A stretch of DNA of 64,000 nucleotides from Defluviitaleaceae bacterium (GTDB lineage: Bacteria > Bacillota > Clostridia > Lachnospirales > WRAX01), in contig WRAC01000005.1 of NCBI GenBank assembly GCA_009780415.1, positions 14,835 to 78,834 of the forward strand, given 5' to 3'. This document shows, one piece after another, positions 48,558-58,716 of this stretch. Every line of letters begins with the position of its first letter. The stretch's first letter is position 1. A model generated the notes under the pieces. The model was not told where the DNA came from. It worked only from the letters and a program-made list of their open reading frames with translations, and searched no databases. The position numbers and the translations under genes were made by a program.

Positions 48558-48564
48558 TCATTTT

Positions 48565-51564
48565 TTACTTTATTTGATTTTGCAGAATCTCCGCGGCAAT
48601 GTGAGCGGGGAGGGTGTCCAGAAGCCTGAATTCCGGCGGGCAGAAATAGAACCCCTGCCCGTAATCTACGCCCAACTCGATCAGGGCGCACAATTCCTGC
48701 GCGGTTTCCACGCCCTCCGCTATGACCTTGGCGCCGTGAAGGCGGGCCAGCTCAACGGCTTCCAGGGCTTTTGCGCTGTTGCCGCCGTCTTTGTGGATGC
48801 CGCGCACGATTTCCGGGGACAGTTTGAGGAAATCCGGATTCAATTCGGAAACGCGCTGTTTTTCCGATTCGGTGCAGCTATAGTCGTCCATTGAGATACG
48901 GATGCCGTTGCGGCGCGCGCGGTCTATTTTGCGCTTTTGCAAGGCCGTGTCGGTATAACGGCTTGACGAGACCTCCATAACAATGGTTACGCTGTTATCA
49001 TCCGCCTCGCCAAGCTGGTGCAGATGCGTGAAAAAGTCCCCGTCAATGAGGTATTGGTCATAGATGGTGTTGAACGTTATGGCGTAGCCGCTGAGGCGTT
49101 TCAGGTTGTAATGCGTCCACTTGCAGAAATTTTCAAACAGGAACAGCTCAAGCTCGTAAAGCTTGCCCTCGTTTTTGGCCTGGTCAAGAATTTCGTAAGG
49201 CGTGTATGTGATCTGCGCGGCGGGCCGCATGATGGCTTCGTAGGATGTAATCCGGCCTGTCCTGAGATCGACGATGGGCTGGAAGGCGTAGCGCACCTCG
49301 CGCCCCATCAACAGGGCGGAGAGATAGGAAACGTTGTTGGTATGCGTTCCGCTGCGGTCGTAGCGTGTGCGGTCGAATTCAAAAATGCTGCCCCTTGCGC
49401 TCTGCTTGACCTCGTACATGGCGAAATCGGCGTATTTGACCAAGGACTCCGCGTCGTTGGAATCATATGGATAAAACGCCAGGCCCGCGGAAAACTGCAG
49501 CTCAACTATTGTCCCGTCGGCAAGCTCCACCTTTCTGTTCTTGGCCCTTTCAAGCTGGTTCACCATCCTGTCCCTCATCTCTTCGCGGCTGTCCCCGCCG
49601 TGCAGGTACAGAACAAACTCGTCCCCCGCGATACGCGCGGCAACGCCGCCTATATGGTCAAACACGGAGAACGCCTTGCCCGCCAGCATGATGTATTGGT
49701 CGCCGTCGTTGTGCCCGAATGTATCGTTCAGGCGTTTCAGCTTATCCAGGTCAATAAAAGCCAAAACGCCGGCCTTATCCGGTTCGGCTTCGATGTAAGA
49801 GCGTATCTTTTTGAGGTAGGATGTTCTGTTCAAAAGCTTTGTCAGCATGTCATATGTGCTTTCGTAAATCAAACGTTCCTTTTCGCGCACCCTGTCCGTA
49901 ACATCGGTTATAGCGCCGTAAATTAATGTATTCTCGTCCCACTCCTGTACGTTAAGGCGCATGTCCAGCCAATATGTGCCATTGGCGCGCGTGACCTGGA
50001 ACAGCATCTCCGTCAGACCCTCGTTCATTGCCTGCCTGTATTGCGGCAAGAAGGCCTCAAGCCTGCGCAGCGGTATGAATTGCGGCTGCCAGACGTCATC
50101 GGGGCACGGGATATCAATCAGCCTGTACATGGATTTCGTTAAGAATACCATGCCCGTGGCCTTTGAGACCTCAAAAACGCCTATGCCGAGGCCCATAAGG
50201 TCGATGATGGAAGACATCTTCGACGCCTGGTGGGCGATATCCGCGCTCATATGCTCTATTGTGGACAGCAGGGAGTCTATCTCGCGGATATTTGTTTTGG
50301 GAAAGCTGGGCACGTCGGTCAGGCCGCTCATTTCTTTTACGATGTTTACGGCTTTCTTGATCTTTCCCGCGTCATACCGGCTGATAAGGTACGAGGCCAG
50401 GAGCGCCGCGGTTATCGAGATCAGCAGAGCCAAAGCCAGCATATTCAGCGTATTCCTTGAGCTTGCCATAACCTCGGCCCTGTCGGCAAAGGAGAACATA
50501 TAAATATCATTGGTGAAATACGAGCTGGGGCCGGTCAGGTTAAGCGGCATGTGCGAAAACACCATCTGCTGGGAGCCGACGGTTGTCTGCCTCAGGGTCC
50601 CGCCTGAGGAGCCTACGGGGTTGGAATTCAGGATATCCGGGATATTCCGCAGGAACGCCGCGGGCGCGGCGCTCCCGGCTGTAAGCGATGCGCCGTCTAT
50701 GCCGTATCCCGTAAATTTCCCTATGGCGTAAAAACCGTTGTCAAAGGGTATATCGCCGCCGTATACCAGCATGTTCAAATGTCTTTTGTCCAGCTCGAAC
50801 CCCAGAACGCCGGCTGCCTCACCCGTTCTCGCCGAGATGGGTACGGTGTAGAATAAGGTCTGCCCGCTGTCCTGCGCAAAACATTTGCTTAGGCTCCAGT
50901 ACCCGAGGTTCGCCGCGCTGGCGTCGGGTAAAGCCGAAAACGCCTCCAGAGGCATAAGAAAAAAATCATCGCGTTCATTGCCGGATAGCGAAAACTCCAT
51001 GCTCCAGCTGTGGTCAACCGTAATGCTGCGCCCGCTCAAGCTGTTGAGCTGGGGATACCCCCACAGCAAAGCCATGGGATCTCTTCCGTGCACATAGGGG
51101 CCCAGGTTCGGCGTTCGCAGGTAAAGGGCCGGGTATCTGCCCGCCGCCCCGTCACGCGAAGGGGCGGTCAGGATAAAAAACGCGCCGGATACATCGTTTG
51201 TCGCTAAAAAACGGTCCATATCATCAAAGACGCGGTTGAAAAGCTCGTCAATCAGCCCGGGGTTCTCCCACAGGCACGAAACGTCCATATTATTGGCAGT
51301 CAGAAGGCTGTTCAGCTTGATTTGTATATTGCTCCGCACACCCCATAAAGCGCGGCTGTGATGCATCAATGTGTTTTCCGCCAGCGACGCGTTGCCCGCG
51401 TTCATGTTTATTACGGATTCAAATGCGATTTCGTCAAGCTTCCCGATGGTTCCGGTGGCGACAAGGCTTGCCGCGAGGCTAAGCACCACCACAATTATTG
51501 TAAACATCGTGGCCCGGAATATCTGTTTTTGCAAGGTAGGACTTTTGTTTTTTTGTCCCGTCAT
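48565..51564 (-). CDS. Membrane sensor with GGDEF (AGDEF) and degenerate EAL domains
   Basis: Two TMs around an extracellular domain, DMLTKLLNR, RIAGDEF, FQPIVDL..EAIMR, AEGVET and QGFY motifs. Confidence 0.88.
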   Translation of the reverse strand: MTGQKNKSPTLQKQIFRATMFTIIVVVLSLAASLVATGTIGKLDEIAFESVINMNAGNASLAENTLMHHSRALWGVRSNIQIKLNSLLTANNMDVSCLWENPGLIDELFNRVFDDMDRFLATNDVSGAFFILTAPSRDGAAGRYPALYLRTPNLGPYVHGRDPMALLWGYPQLNSLSGRSITVDHSWSMEFSLSGNERDDFFLMPLEAFSALPDASAANLGYWSLSKCFAQDSGQTLFYTVPISARTGEAAGVLGFELDKRHLNMLVYGGDIPFDNGFYAIGKFTGYGIDGASLTAGSAAPAAFLRNIPDILNSNPVGSSGGTLRQTTVGSQQMVFSHMPLNLTGPSSYFTNDIYMFSFADRAEVMASSRNTLNMLALALLISITAALLASYLISRYDAGKIKKAVNIVKEMSGLTDVPSFPKTNIREIDSLLSTIEHMSADIAHQASKMSSIIDLMGLGIGVFEVSKATGMVFLTKSMYRLIDIPCPDDVWQPQFIPLRRLEAFLPQYRQAMNEGLTEMLFQVTRANGTYWLDMRLNVQEWDENTLIYGAITDVTDRVREKERLIYESTYDMLTKLLNRTSYLKKIRSYIEAEPDKAGVLAFIDLDKLKRLNDTFGHNDGDQYIMLAGKAFSVFDHIGGVAARIAGDEFVLYLHGGDSREEMRDRMVNQLERAKNRKVELADGTIVELQFSAGLAFYPYDSNDAESLVKYADFAMYEVKQSARGSIFEFDRTRYDRSGTHTNNVSYLSALLMGREVRYAFQPIVDLRTGRITSYEAIMRPAAQITYTPYEILDQAKNEGKLYELELFLFENFCKWTHYNLKRLSGYAITFNTIYDQYLIDGDFFTHLHQLGEADDNSVTIVMEVSSSRYTDTALQKRKIDRARRNGIRISMDDYSCTESEKQRVSELNPDFLKLSPEIVRGIHKDGGNSAKALEAVELARLHGAKVIAEGVETAQELCALIELGVDYGQGFYFCPPEFRLLDTLPAHIAAEILQNQIK

Positions 51565-51630
51565 AAGGATAAACTACCGCCGATCCAATTAATTGTTCCC
51601 ATTTATTTCCGCATGATTTATAATACCTTT

Positions 51631-51659
51631 ATAATACTTTTACGGCACCCTTTTGTCAA
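51631..51659 (-). promoter_or_regulatory. sigma-A promoter TTGACA-N17-TATTAT
   Basis: Minus strand, upstream of 51564. Confidence 0.7.
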
Positions 51660-51729
51660 CTGAAATAAGCCGGATAAATACAATAGTAAAGGATCTACTC
51701 ATATGCTTAACGGATGGAGTTGTTAAATC

Positions 51730-52797
51730 ATGAATAAACCGAATGATGACAGGACGAAAGTTGCCGTGCTGTTAGGCGGGCGCGGCGCCGAGCACGAGGT
51801 CTCCATACAATCCGGGAGGGCTATTATAGCGGCTCTTTTGGAATCGCGGGATAAATACGAGGTTTTACCGGTTTATATAACAAAAGACGGGCAGTGGCTT
51901 CTGCATGAAAACGCCTCAGGCCTTGATACATTGGAGCATACCGGCGCCCCGGTCGCGGTAAATCCCGGCAACGGTTTTATGCTGGCGAACTACGGTTTTA
52001 CGCCGGTCCCTGCCGATGCGGTCTTTCCCGCGCTGCACGGCGAATACGGCGAGGACGGCACCATACAGGGGTTATGTGAGCTGGCGGGCTTGCCCTGCGT
52101 CGGCTCCGGTATGCTAAGCTCCGCAATGTGCCTGGATAAACCCGTGTCAAAGCGGCTGGCCGCCGGAATCGGGGGCCTTTTCCGCGTGCCGTTCCTTGAG
52201 TTCAACGCATCCGATCCGTCGCGGTTTGAGGAAATAGCCGCGAAGGTGCGGGACGCGCTGGGGTACCCCTGCTTTGTGAAGCCGGTCAATACGGGTTCGT
52301 CCTGCGGTATATCCAAGGCTGTAAACGGGGATGGGCTGTTTGAGTCCCTGCGCCTTGCGGCGGGATTTGCCCCGAGGATTATTGTTGAAGCGGCGGTGAA
52401 GGGACGGGAATTGGAGGTGGGCGTGCTGGGCAACGATTCGCCCGTTGCGTCCGGGGTCGGCGAGATTATAACATCCCATGGTTTTTACGATTATGATTCA
52501 AAATACACGGAGGGCGCGGCGGAAGTCGTCGTTTCCGCCGATATAGACAAGAATATTGCGGAATCAATAAGATATTACGCCCTTGAGGTATATAAAATCA
52601 TGGGCTGCCGCGGTATGGCGCGCGTGGATTTTTTCCTTGAAAACGGGACGAACCGCGTGTTATTTAACGAAATCAACACAATACCCGGCTTTACGCCGAC
52701 AAGCATGTATCCGAAGCTCTTTGAACACGAAGGAATCCCCATGGCGCGGCTTGTGGATAAACTTGTCGAATTGGCTATTGAAGGAAGAGACAAGTAA
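51730..52797 (+). CDS. ddl: D-alanine--D-alanine ligase
   Basis: GGRGAEHEVS, LHGEYGEDG, FYDYDSKY and NEINTIPGFT motifs. Confidence 0.95.
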   Translation: MNKPNDDRTKVAVLLGGRGAEHEVSIQSGRAIIAALLESRDKYEVLPVYITKDGQWLLHENASGLDTLEHTGAPVAVNPGNGFMLANYGFTPVPADAVFPALHGEYGEDGTIQGLCELAGLPCVGSGMLSSAMCLDKPVSKRLAAGIGGLFRVPFLEFNASDPSRFEEIAAKVRDALGYPCFVKPVNTGSSCGISKAVNGDGLFESLRLAAGFAPRIIVEAAVKGRELEVGVLGNDSPVASGVGEIITSHGFYDYDSKYTEGAAEVVVSADIDKNIAESIRYYALEVYKIMGCRGMARVDFFLENGTNRVLFNEINTIPGFTPTSMYPKLFEHEGIPMARLVDKLVELAIEGRDK

Positions 52798-52845
52798 TGT
52801 TATAATAATTCAATATATTACGAATGATTGCGGAAGGGTGCCTGT

Positions 52846-53661
52846 ATGCCTGCGGACCGGAACGCACCGATAGGTATTTTTGACTCCGGCGTCGGGGGGC
52901 TGACCGTGGCTCGCCGCGTTATGCTGGATATGCCGGAGGAACGGATAGTTTATTTTGGCGACACGGCGCGCGCTCCCTACGGCATCCGTACCAAAGAGCG
53001 CATCACGGCCCAGAGTATGCAGATAATGCGGTTTCTTGAAACTCATGGGTTGAAAATGGCAATAATAGCATGCAACACCATTTGCGTGTCCAGTTATTAC
53101 GAACTGACCGGGGCTTTTGATGTGCCGATAATGGAGATCGTCTCCCCGGCGGCGGCGGATTGCGTTAACGGCAGCCCTCCCGCCGTTAAGGTTGGCGTGA
53201 TCGCAACGGCGGCAACGGTAAAAAGCGAGGGCTACCGCATAGAAATCCATAAACTGAACCCACGCGCCGAGGTGTTGCAGAAAGCCTGCCCTGATTTAGT
53301 AACGCTGGCGGAAAGGGGTCTGGCGGAAAGCGCCGCCGGCGCGCTGCAATGCGAGATTTATCTGAGGAGCTTTAAAGAAGCCCGCATCGACACGCTTGTG
53401 CTGGGGTGTACGCATTTTCCGCTTTTTTACGGCCACATAGCGGCGTACATGGGCGGAAACGTGCGGCTGATAGACCCGGCGGCCGCGTCCGGCGCCAAGG
53501 TGAAGAAAGAGCTGGCCGAGGCGGGCTTGGCGGCGGAAAGGCGGGACAAGCCGGAACACGCGTTCTACATAAGCGGCGACCCCGGCACATTTGAGCAAAT
53601 CGCCCGTAACATTCTGGGCAAGCCCGTCCGCCCCGAAAAAATAAATATATGCAAATATTGA
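52846..53661 (+). CDS. murI: Glutamate racemase
   Basis: FDSGVGGLTV, IACNT and LGCTHFP motifs. Confidence 0.96.
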   Translation: MPADRNAPIGIFDSGVGGLTVARRVMLDMPEERIVYFGDTARAPYGIRTKERITAQSMQIMRFLETHGLKMAIIACNTICVSSYYELTGAFDVPIMEIVSPAAADCVNGSPPAVKVGVIATAATVKSEGYRIEIHKLNPRAEVLQKACPDLVTLAERGLAESAAGALQCEIYLRSFKEARIDTLVLGCTHFPLFYGHIAAYMGGNVRLIDPAAASGAKVKKELAEAGLAAERRDKPEHAFYISGDPGTFEQIARNILGKPVRPEKINICKY

Positions 53662-53686
53662 TAAATATTAAAAAATCGTATAAACT

Positions 53687-53723
53687 GTAGGGGCGAACTT
53701 GTAGGGGCGAACTCAGTTCGCCC
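53687..53723 (+). repeat. GTAG REP with duplicated left arm (GTAGGGGCGAACTT + GTAGGGGCGAACTCAGTTCGCCC)
   Basis: 13-bp direct repeat followed by a perfect 8-bp palindrome. Confidence 0.8.
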
Positions 53724-53753
53724 GATAATCCAATACACAAGAGGAGCACGGCT

Positions 53754-54779
53754 ATGTTTAACAGAGATTTGGGAATAGATCTGGGGACGGCTAACACGCT
53801 GGTGTACGTCAAAGGTAAGGGCGTTGTGGTGAACGAGCCGTCGGTTGTGGCTTACAACACCACAAACAGCAAAATTCTGGCGGTTGGCGACGGCGCGAAG
53901 CAGATGATCGGGCGCACCCCGGGCAACGTCGTTGCCATACGCCCCATGAAGGACGGCGTAATAGCCGATTTTGAGACAACACGCGCCATGCTGCGCTACT
54001 TTATAAACCGGGCGAACCGTACGGGGCTTTTCAGCAGCAAACCGCGCGTGGTGGTCTGCATACCGTCGGGCGTGACAGAGGTTGAGAAACGCGCGGTGAA
54101 GGAGGCGACGATCTCGGCCGGGGCAAGGCAGGCCGGGCTGATCGAGGAGCCGATGGCGGCGGCGATAGGCGCTGGGCTGCCCGTTGAGGAGCCCAGCGGC
54201 AGCATGGTCGTCGATATCGGCGGCGGCACAAGCGAGGTCGCCGTCATATCACTCGGGGGCATCGTCACAAGCAAATCCCTCCGCGTCGCGGGGGACGAGC
54301 TGGACGACCATATCATCCAGTACGTAAAGAAAGCCTTCGGACTGGCCATCGGCGAACGTACCGCCGAAACGATCAAATTAAGCATATGCAGCGTTTACAA
54401 CCCCGACCCCGACGTAAGCATGAGCATACACGGCAGGGATTTAAGCTCCGGGCTTCCCCGCACCATACGCGTCTCGTCGGATCAAGTCGCCGAAGCCGTG
54501 CACGAACCCATTTCATCTATCATCGACGCTATAAAATTCACATTGGAAAAGACTCCGCCGGAGCTGGCCTCAGATATAATGGAATCGGGCATAATGCTGA
54601 CCGGCGGCGGCGCGCTTATACACGGGCTGGATCAGTTGATTTCCGTTGAGACCGGAATGCCCGTTTATGTGGCGGAGGAACCGCTGAACAGCGTGGTTCT
54701 GGGCACCGGTATTTTTATAGAGAACACCAACGCTTTCCGGGATGTTCTGGTAGACCCGGAGAGAAGAAAACCCCATTAG
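53754..54779 (+). CDS. mreB: Rod shape-determining protein MreB
   Basis: GIDLGTANT and [16 protein letters not shown] motifs; precedes mreC/mreD. Confidence 0.96.
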   Translation: MFNRDLGIDLGTANTLVYVKGKGVVVNEPSVVAYNTTNSKILAVGDGAKQMIGRTPGNVVAIRPMKDGVIADFETTRAMLRYFINRANRTGLFSSKPRVVVCIPSGVTEVEKRAVKEATISAGARQAGLIEEPMAAAIGAGLPVEEPSGSMVVDIGGGTSEVAVISLGGIVTSKSLRVAGDELDDHIIQYVKKAFGLAIGERTAETIKLSICSVYNPDPDVSMSIHGRDLSSGLPRTIRVSSDQVAEAVHEPISSIIDAIKFTLEKTPPELASDIMESGIMLTGGGALIHGLDQLISVETGMPVYVAEEPLNSVVLGTGIFIENTNAFRDVLVDPERRKPH

Positions 54780-54788
54780 TACGTCGTT

Positions 54789-55634
54789 ATGAAACGCCTG
54801 AAGCGCCGCAAGCGCGCGTTTATCATATCGCTTATAATCTTTTGCCTGCTGCTGATAACGGTTACGGCTTTGGCAGGCGGAGGGCCGACATTTTTAGGCA
54901 GGGCCTTTGTTACCGTTACAAGCCCCGTCCAATCCGGCCTTACCGGCACGGGTAACTGGCTTGGCGAGCGGCTTGGTTATTTCAGGGGTATGGCTGCGCT
55001 GTATGAGGAAAACCGGCGGCTTACGGCTGAAAACGCGCTGCTGGTTATGGAAAACAGCCTGCTGAGGTACCTTGAGGAAGCCGTTGAGGAATACGCGATG
55101 CTGCTGGACACCCAGCTTAGATATTCCAATTACGATACAATGGTTGCCCAGGTCCGCGCCTCCGACCCGGGGAACTGGTATAACCGCTTTATTATAGACA
55201 GGGGCTCGTCCCACGGCATCGAGGTTAATATGCCTGTGCTGGCTAACGGGGCGTTGATAGGCCGCATATCGAAAACCTGGCCTTATTCCGCGCTTGTGGA
55301 GTCCATTATCGACGATGGGAGCGGCGTAAGCGCAAAGGTTTACCGCACAAACCACGTCGGCGTTGTGCGCGGGGATGTGGAGCTGATGATGGAGGGCCTT
55401 GTGCGCATGGGGTTTACAAGCCTCGGCGTTGACGTGGCGGTGGGGGACGAAATCCAGACCTCGCAGCTTTCCAGCTATTATCCGCCTGGGATCACCATCG
55501 GGCATGTCGTGAGCGTCGAGGTGGATTCCAGGGGCATCGCTTCGGCTATAGTCCAGCCCACAGCCGATTTTTCGCCGGTTAAATCCGTGTTGGTTATTAC
55601 GGAGCTGTTTTATTTGGAATACGGTGATTGGTAA
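54789..55634 (+). CDS. mreC: Rod shape-determining protein MreC
   Basis: TM plus coiled coil, IDRGSSHGI and YPPGITIG motifs. Confidence 0.92.
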   Translation: MKRLKRRKRAFIISLIIFCLLLITVTALAGGGPTFLGRAFVTVTSPVQSGLTGTGNWLGERLGYFRGMAALYEENRRLTAENALLVMENSLLRYLEEAVEEYAMLLDTQLRYSNYDTMVAQVRASDPGNWYNRFIIDRGSSHGIEVNMPVLANGALIGRISKTWPYSALVESIIDDGSGVSAKVYRTNHVGVVRGDVELMMEGLVRMGFTSLGVDVAVGDEIQTSQLSSYYPPGITIGHVVSVEVDSRGIASAIVQPTADFSPVKSVLVITELFYLEYGDW

Positions 55635-56143
55635 TGCTGAGAGCTGTTGTTATCGGATCGGTTATATACGGTAATTTCCTGTTGCAGACCACGCTGCTGC
55701 GGCATATAGCCATCCTCGGCGTTGTGCCGATGACGGCGATGCTGGTGGTGGTTTCCTACGCCATTTTGCGCGGGGATGTTGAGGGCGCAATCGCCGGTTT
55801 TTGCGCGGGCCTTCTACAAGACGTTTTTTTTATGGAGTACATCGGCCTGTACGCGCTGCTTTTTGCCGTTACGGGCTTTATATGCGGCAAGCCCTTCCGG
55901 GACTTTTTTACCGACAGCTTTATACTGCCCGTAACCCTTACGCTGTTTGCCATGATCGGCTATGAGGTTGTCTTTTATTTCATCAATTTCACTATGCGCG
56001 GGCGGCTGATGGATTATTTCAGGTATATTATCCTGCCGGAAACCATTTATACCATGCTGCTTGCCATACCGGTCTACCGCCTGATGTTCGCGCTTAACAA
56101 ACGCCTGGAACGGCATGAAAAGAAATATAGGAGCATTTTTTAG
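55634..56143 (+). CDS. mreD: Rod shape-determining protein MreD
   Basis: Hydrophobic protein with GFCAGLLQD motif; synteny. Confidence 0.9.
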   Translation: MLRAVVIGSVIYGNFLLQTTLLRHIAILGVVPMTAMLVVVSYAILRGDVEGAIAGFCAGLLQDVFFMEYIGLYALLFAVTGFICGKPFRDFFTDSFILPVTLTLFAMIGYEVVFYFINFTMRGRLMDYFRYIILPETIYTMLLAIPVYRLMFALNKRLERHEKKYRSIF

Positions 56144-56145
56144 CT

Positions 56146-58674
56146 ATGAAGGAAATCCTATCAAAAATAAAATCGCTTTTAACAAATAGATTAATCGTTT
56201 TGCTTGTGATACTGACGGCTATGTTCATCATTCTCGCCACAAGGCTGTATGATTTGCAAATTGTGCACGGGCATGAATACCAAACGGTGAGAAGGCAATT
56301 TACCAACGAGCGCGTTATTTCAGCCCCGCGCGGCGAAATTTTTGACCGGAACGGGCAGCCCCTTGCCATAAACCGTACCACGGCGATGGTGAAGATGGAT
56401 CCAAACGTCCGCGTACACGGTAACAACCACGCGCTGATCAATGAGAACCTCCTGAGTTTTATCCGCCTGATGGACCGCTACGGTGAGGTTATTGAAGACG
56501 AGCTGCGCATTTCAGAGTCCCAGCCGCGCGAGTTCCTGTTCGGCGGGAGCAGAAGCCGCGAGGAGCTGTGGAAAAGGGATATGAACCTGCCGCTTGACAT
56601 ATCGGCGCAGGATGCCTACGATAGGCTGGTAGCGCGGTTCCGTATCCCAGTGGACGATATGACGCCGCGGGAGGCGCGCTTGGTGCTGTCTATGCGCCAG
56701 AGCCTTCTCCGGCAGCAGTGGCACCGGAACCCCATTACGGTGGTGCTGAGCGTCAGCCCGGCCGCGCAGGCCGCGCTGGAGGAGCGTAATCAGGAGTTTC
56801 CGGGCTTTTACATCGACATCGATTATCTGCGCGAGTACCCTGAGGGCATGTATGTCTCGCATATCATAGGCTATATAAGGCGTATAAACAGCGATCAGCT
56901 TGAGCGCAACAGGGTGTTCGGCTACATTGAGGACGACCTCTTCGGGCAGGAGGGGGTTGAAAGCGCTTTTGAGCTGTTCCTGCGGGGCGAAAGGGGCAGC
57001 GTGACCATCGAGACGGATTCCGCGGGCAGACGCATCGGAATTCTGGATACCAACCCCGCAATAGCGGGCGATAATGTTTATCTGACCCTGGATATAAATC
57101 TGCAAAGGGAAATCTACCATATTATAGAACGCCGGCTGACGGAAATCATCATCGGCAAGCTGACAAGCAACCCGCGCAGGGAGCGCGCGCGGCCCGAGGA
57201 TCATATCCCCGTCCGCGACCTGCTGGTTTCCATGATAAAATCGAACAATATCTCCATAGGCGCGATTATGACGGCGGGTGAGGAAAACCTGGCCTGGCCC
57301 ATAAGGGCGTATGTTGAAAACAACAGTGATTTTGACATCGCGAGCGAAACATACCAGCGTGAGCTTAGGGATTTTGTGGCCGATGCCGTTGACAAGGGGC
57401 GAATTACGGAGAATCAGCTCCTTCTGGCGATGTATGAGCAGGGGCTTGTCGCCCCGACGGATGCGGAGCTTGAGCGCATGAAGCGCGGAAATCAGCAGAC
57501 CCTTGCGTTTATTGTGCGGATGCTGAACGAGGGCTACATAACCCCCGCCATGACGAACGTCCATCCCAGCACGGCTTCAGTCGTTGTGCTGGACGTAGAC
57601 ACCGGCGCGGTGCTGGCGTCCGTTTCCTATCCTTCTTACGACAATAACCGTTTGGTTAATAATTTTGATAATAATTACTGGGCAAGGCTGATGAACGACC
57701 CCGCAAGGCCGATGTTCAACCGCGCGTTTCAGGAATTGCGGGCCGTGGGCTCGACGTTTAAGATGCTTACCACCGTGGCGGTACTGGAGAATGAGGTGGT
57801 TAGGCCCAATACCCGCATATTTGACGAATTTACCTTTACCAGCGCCGGTTTGCCCCACGCCCGCTGCAACACGCGCCACGGAAGCGTAAACGCCGAAGAA
57901 GCCATAATGGTGAGTTGCAATTATTATTATTACGAGACCTCTTTCCGCCTGGGCAACTCGCGCAGCGGCAATATGCTGGAGGGTATCTGGAAGCTGAACG
58001 AGTACATGTCGTACTTTGGGCTGGGACACCCGACGGGCGTGGAAATCTTCTGCGAGTTTGACAGGCTGTTCGAGCGCCTGCCCCACGGGCTCCTGCCCAT
58101 CTCGTCGCCGGAATACCGCCTGCACAGGGGAAGGGGCGGCTGGAGCGACGGCGAAACCATCCGCACAGCCATAGGACAGTCGGAAAACGCCCTGACATGC
58201 GCCGTTATGGCTAAATACACCGCCACAATCGCATCGGGCGGGGTGCGCTACGAAATGCATTTTTTAAGTCATGTTGAGGCCTACGACGGATCCCTTGTAT
58301 CAAGGAGAACGCCTGTAATTGAAGATATCGTGCCCATGTCGGAATCCACGCTGAATACGGTGCGCCGCGGGATGCTTGGGGTGACGGCTAATTCAAGGGG
58401 AACCGCGCACAGGGTATTCCGTGACCTCCCAATACAGGTGGCGGGCAAAACGGGAACCGCCCAGGAGGAGGGCTGGCCTAACCATATGTCCTTCTCGGCT
58501 TTCGCTCCTTATGACGACCCCGCAATCGCCCTGTACGTGCTTGTCCCCGGGGGTTACCGGAGTTCGTCCGATAACCCCGCCGCCGTCGTCGCCCGTGATG
58601 TTATAGAGGCTTATTTTAAGCTGGATGCGGAACCGCAGAGGCCGGTTAAGGATAACACGCTTGTTATGAGATAA
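56146..58674 (+). CDS. mrdA: Class B penicillin-binding protein (PBP2/MrdA) with large insertion
   Basis: APRGEIFDRNG, GSTFK, SCN and GKTGTAQ motifs. Confidence 0.88.
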   Translation: MKEILSKIKSLLTNRLIVLLVILTAMFIILATRLYDLQIVHGHEYQTVRRQFTNERVISAPRGEIFDRNGQPLAINRTTAMVKMDPNVRVHGNNHALINENLLSFIRLMDRYGEVIEDELRISESQPREFLFGGSRSREELWKRDMNLPLDISAQDAYDRLVARFRIPVDDMTPREARLVLSMRQSLLRQQWHRNPITVVLSVSPAAQAALEERNQEFPGFYIDIDYLREYPEGMYVSHIIGYIRRINSDQLERNRVFGYIEDDLFGQEGVESAFELFLRGERGSVTIETDSAGRRIGILDTNPAIAGDNVYLTLDINLQREIYHIIERRLTEIIIGKLTSNPRRERARPEDHIPVRDLLVSMIKSNNISIGAIMTAGEENLAWPIRAYVENNSDFDIASETYQRELRDFVADAVDKGRITENQLLLAMYEQGLVAPTDAELERMKRGNQQTLAFIVRMLNEGYITPAMTNVHPSTASVVVLDVDTGAVLASVSYPSYDNNRLVNNFDNNYWARLMNDPARPMFNRAFQELRAVGSTFKMLTTVAVLENEVVRPNTRIFDEFTFTSAGLPHARCNTRHGSVNAEEAIMVSCNYYYYETSFRLGNSRSGNMLEGIWKLNEYMSYFGLGHPTGVEIFCEFDRLFERLPHGLLPISSPEYRLHRGRGGWSDGETIRTAIGQSENALTCAVMAKYTATIASGGVRYEMHFLSHVEAYDGSLVSRRTPVIEDIVPMSESTLNTVRRGMLGVTANSRGTAHRVFRDLPIQVAGKTGTAQEEGWPNHMSFSAFAPYDDPAIALYVLVPGGYRSSSDNPAAVVARDVIEAYFKLDAEPQRPVKDNTLVMR

Positions 58675-58682
58675 ATTTGAGC

Positions 58683-58705
58683 GGGCGAACACAGTTCGCC
58701 CCTAC
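58683..58705 (-). repeat. GTAG REP (GTAGGGGCGAACTGTGTTCGCCC)
   Basis: 21/23 identical to the copy at 53701-53723, in the opposite orientation. Confidence 0.8.
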
Positions 58706-58716
58706 GGATAGGTGAT

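Noticed and set aside
51730-52797. Van-type D-Ala-D-Lac ligase
   Set aside because: FYDYDSKY loop is typical of Ddl; no vanH/X/R/S nearby; housekeeping context.
53687-53723. CRISPR repeat
   Set aside because: Only two abutting units, with no spacers or cas genes; it is a REP.
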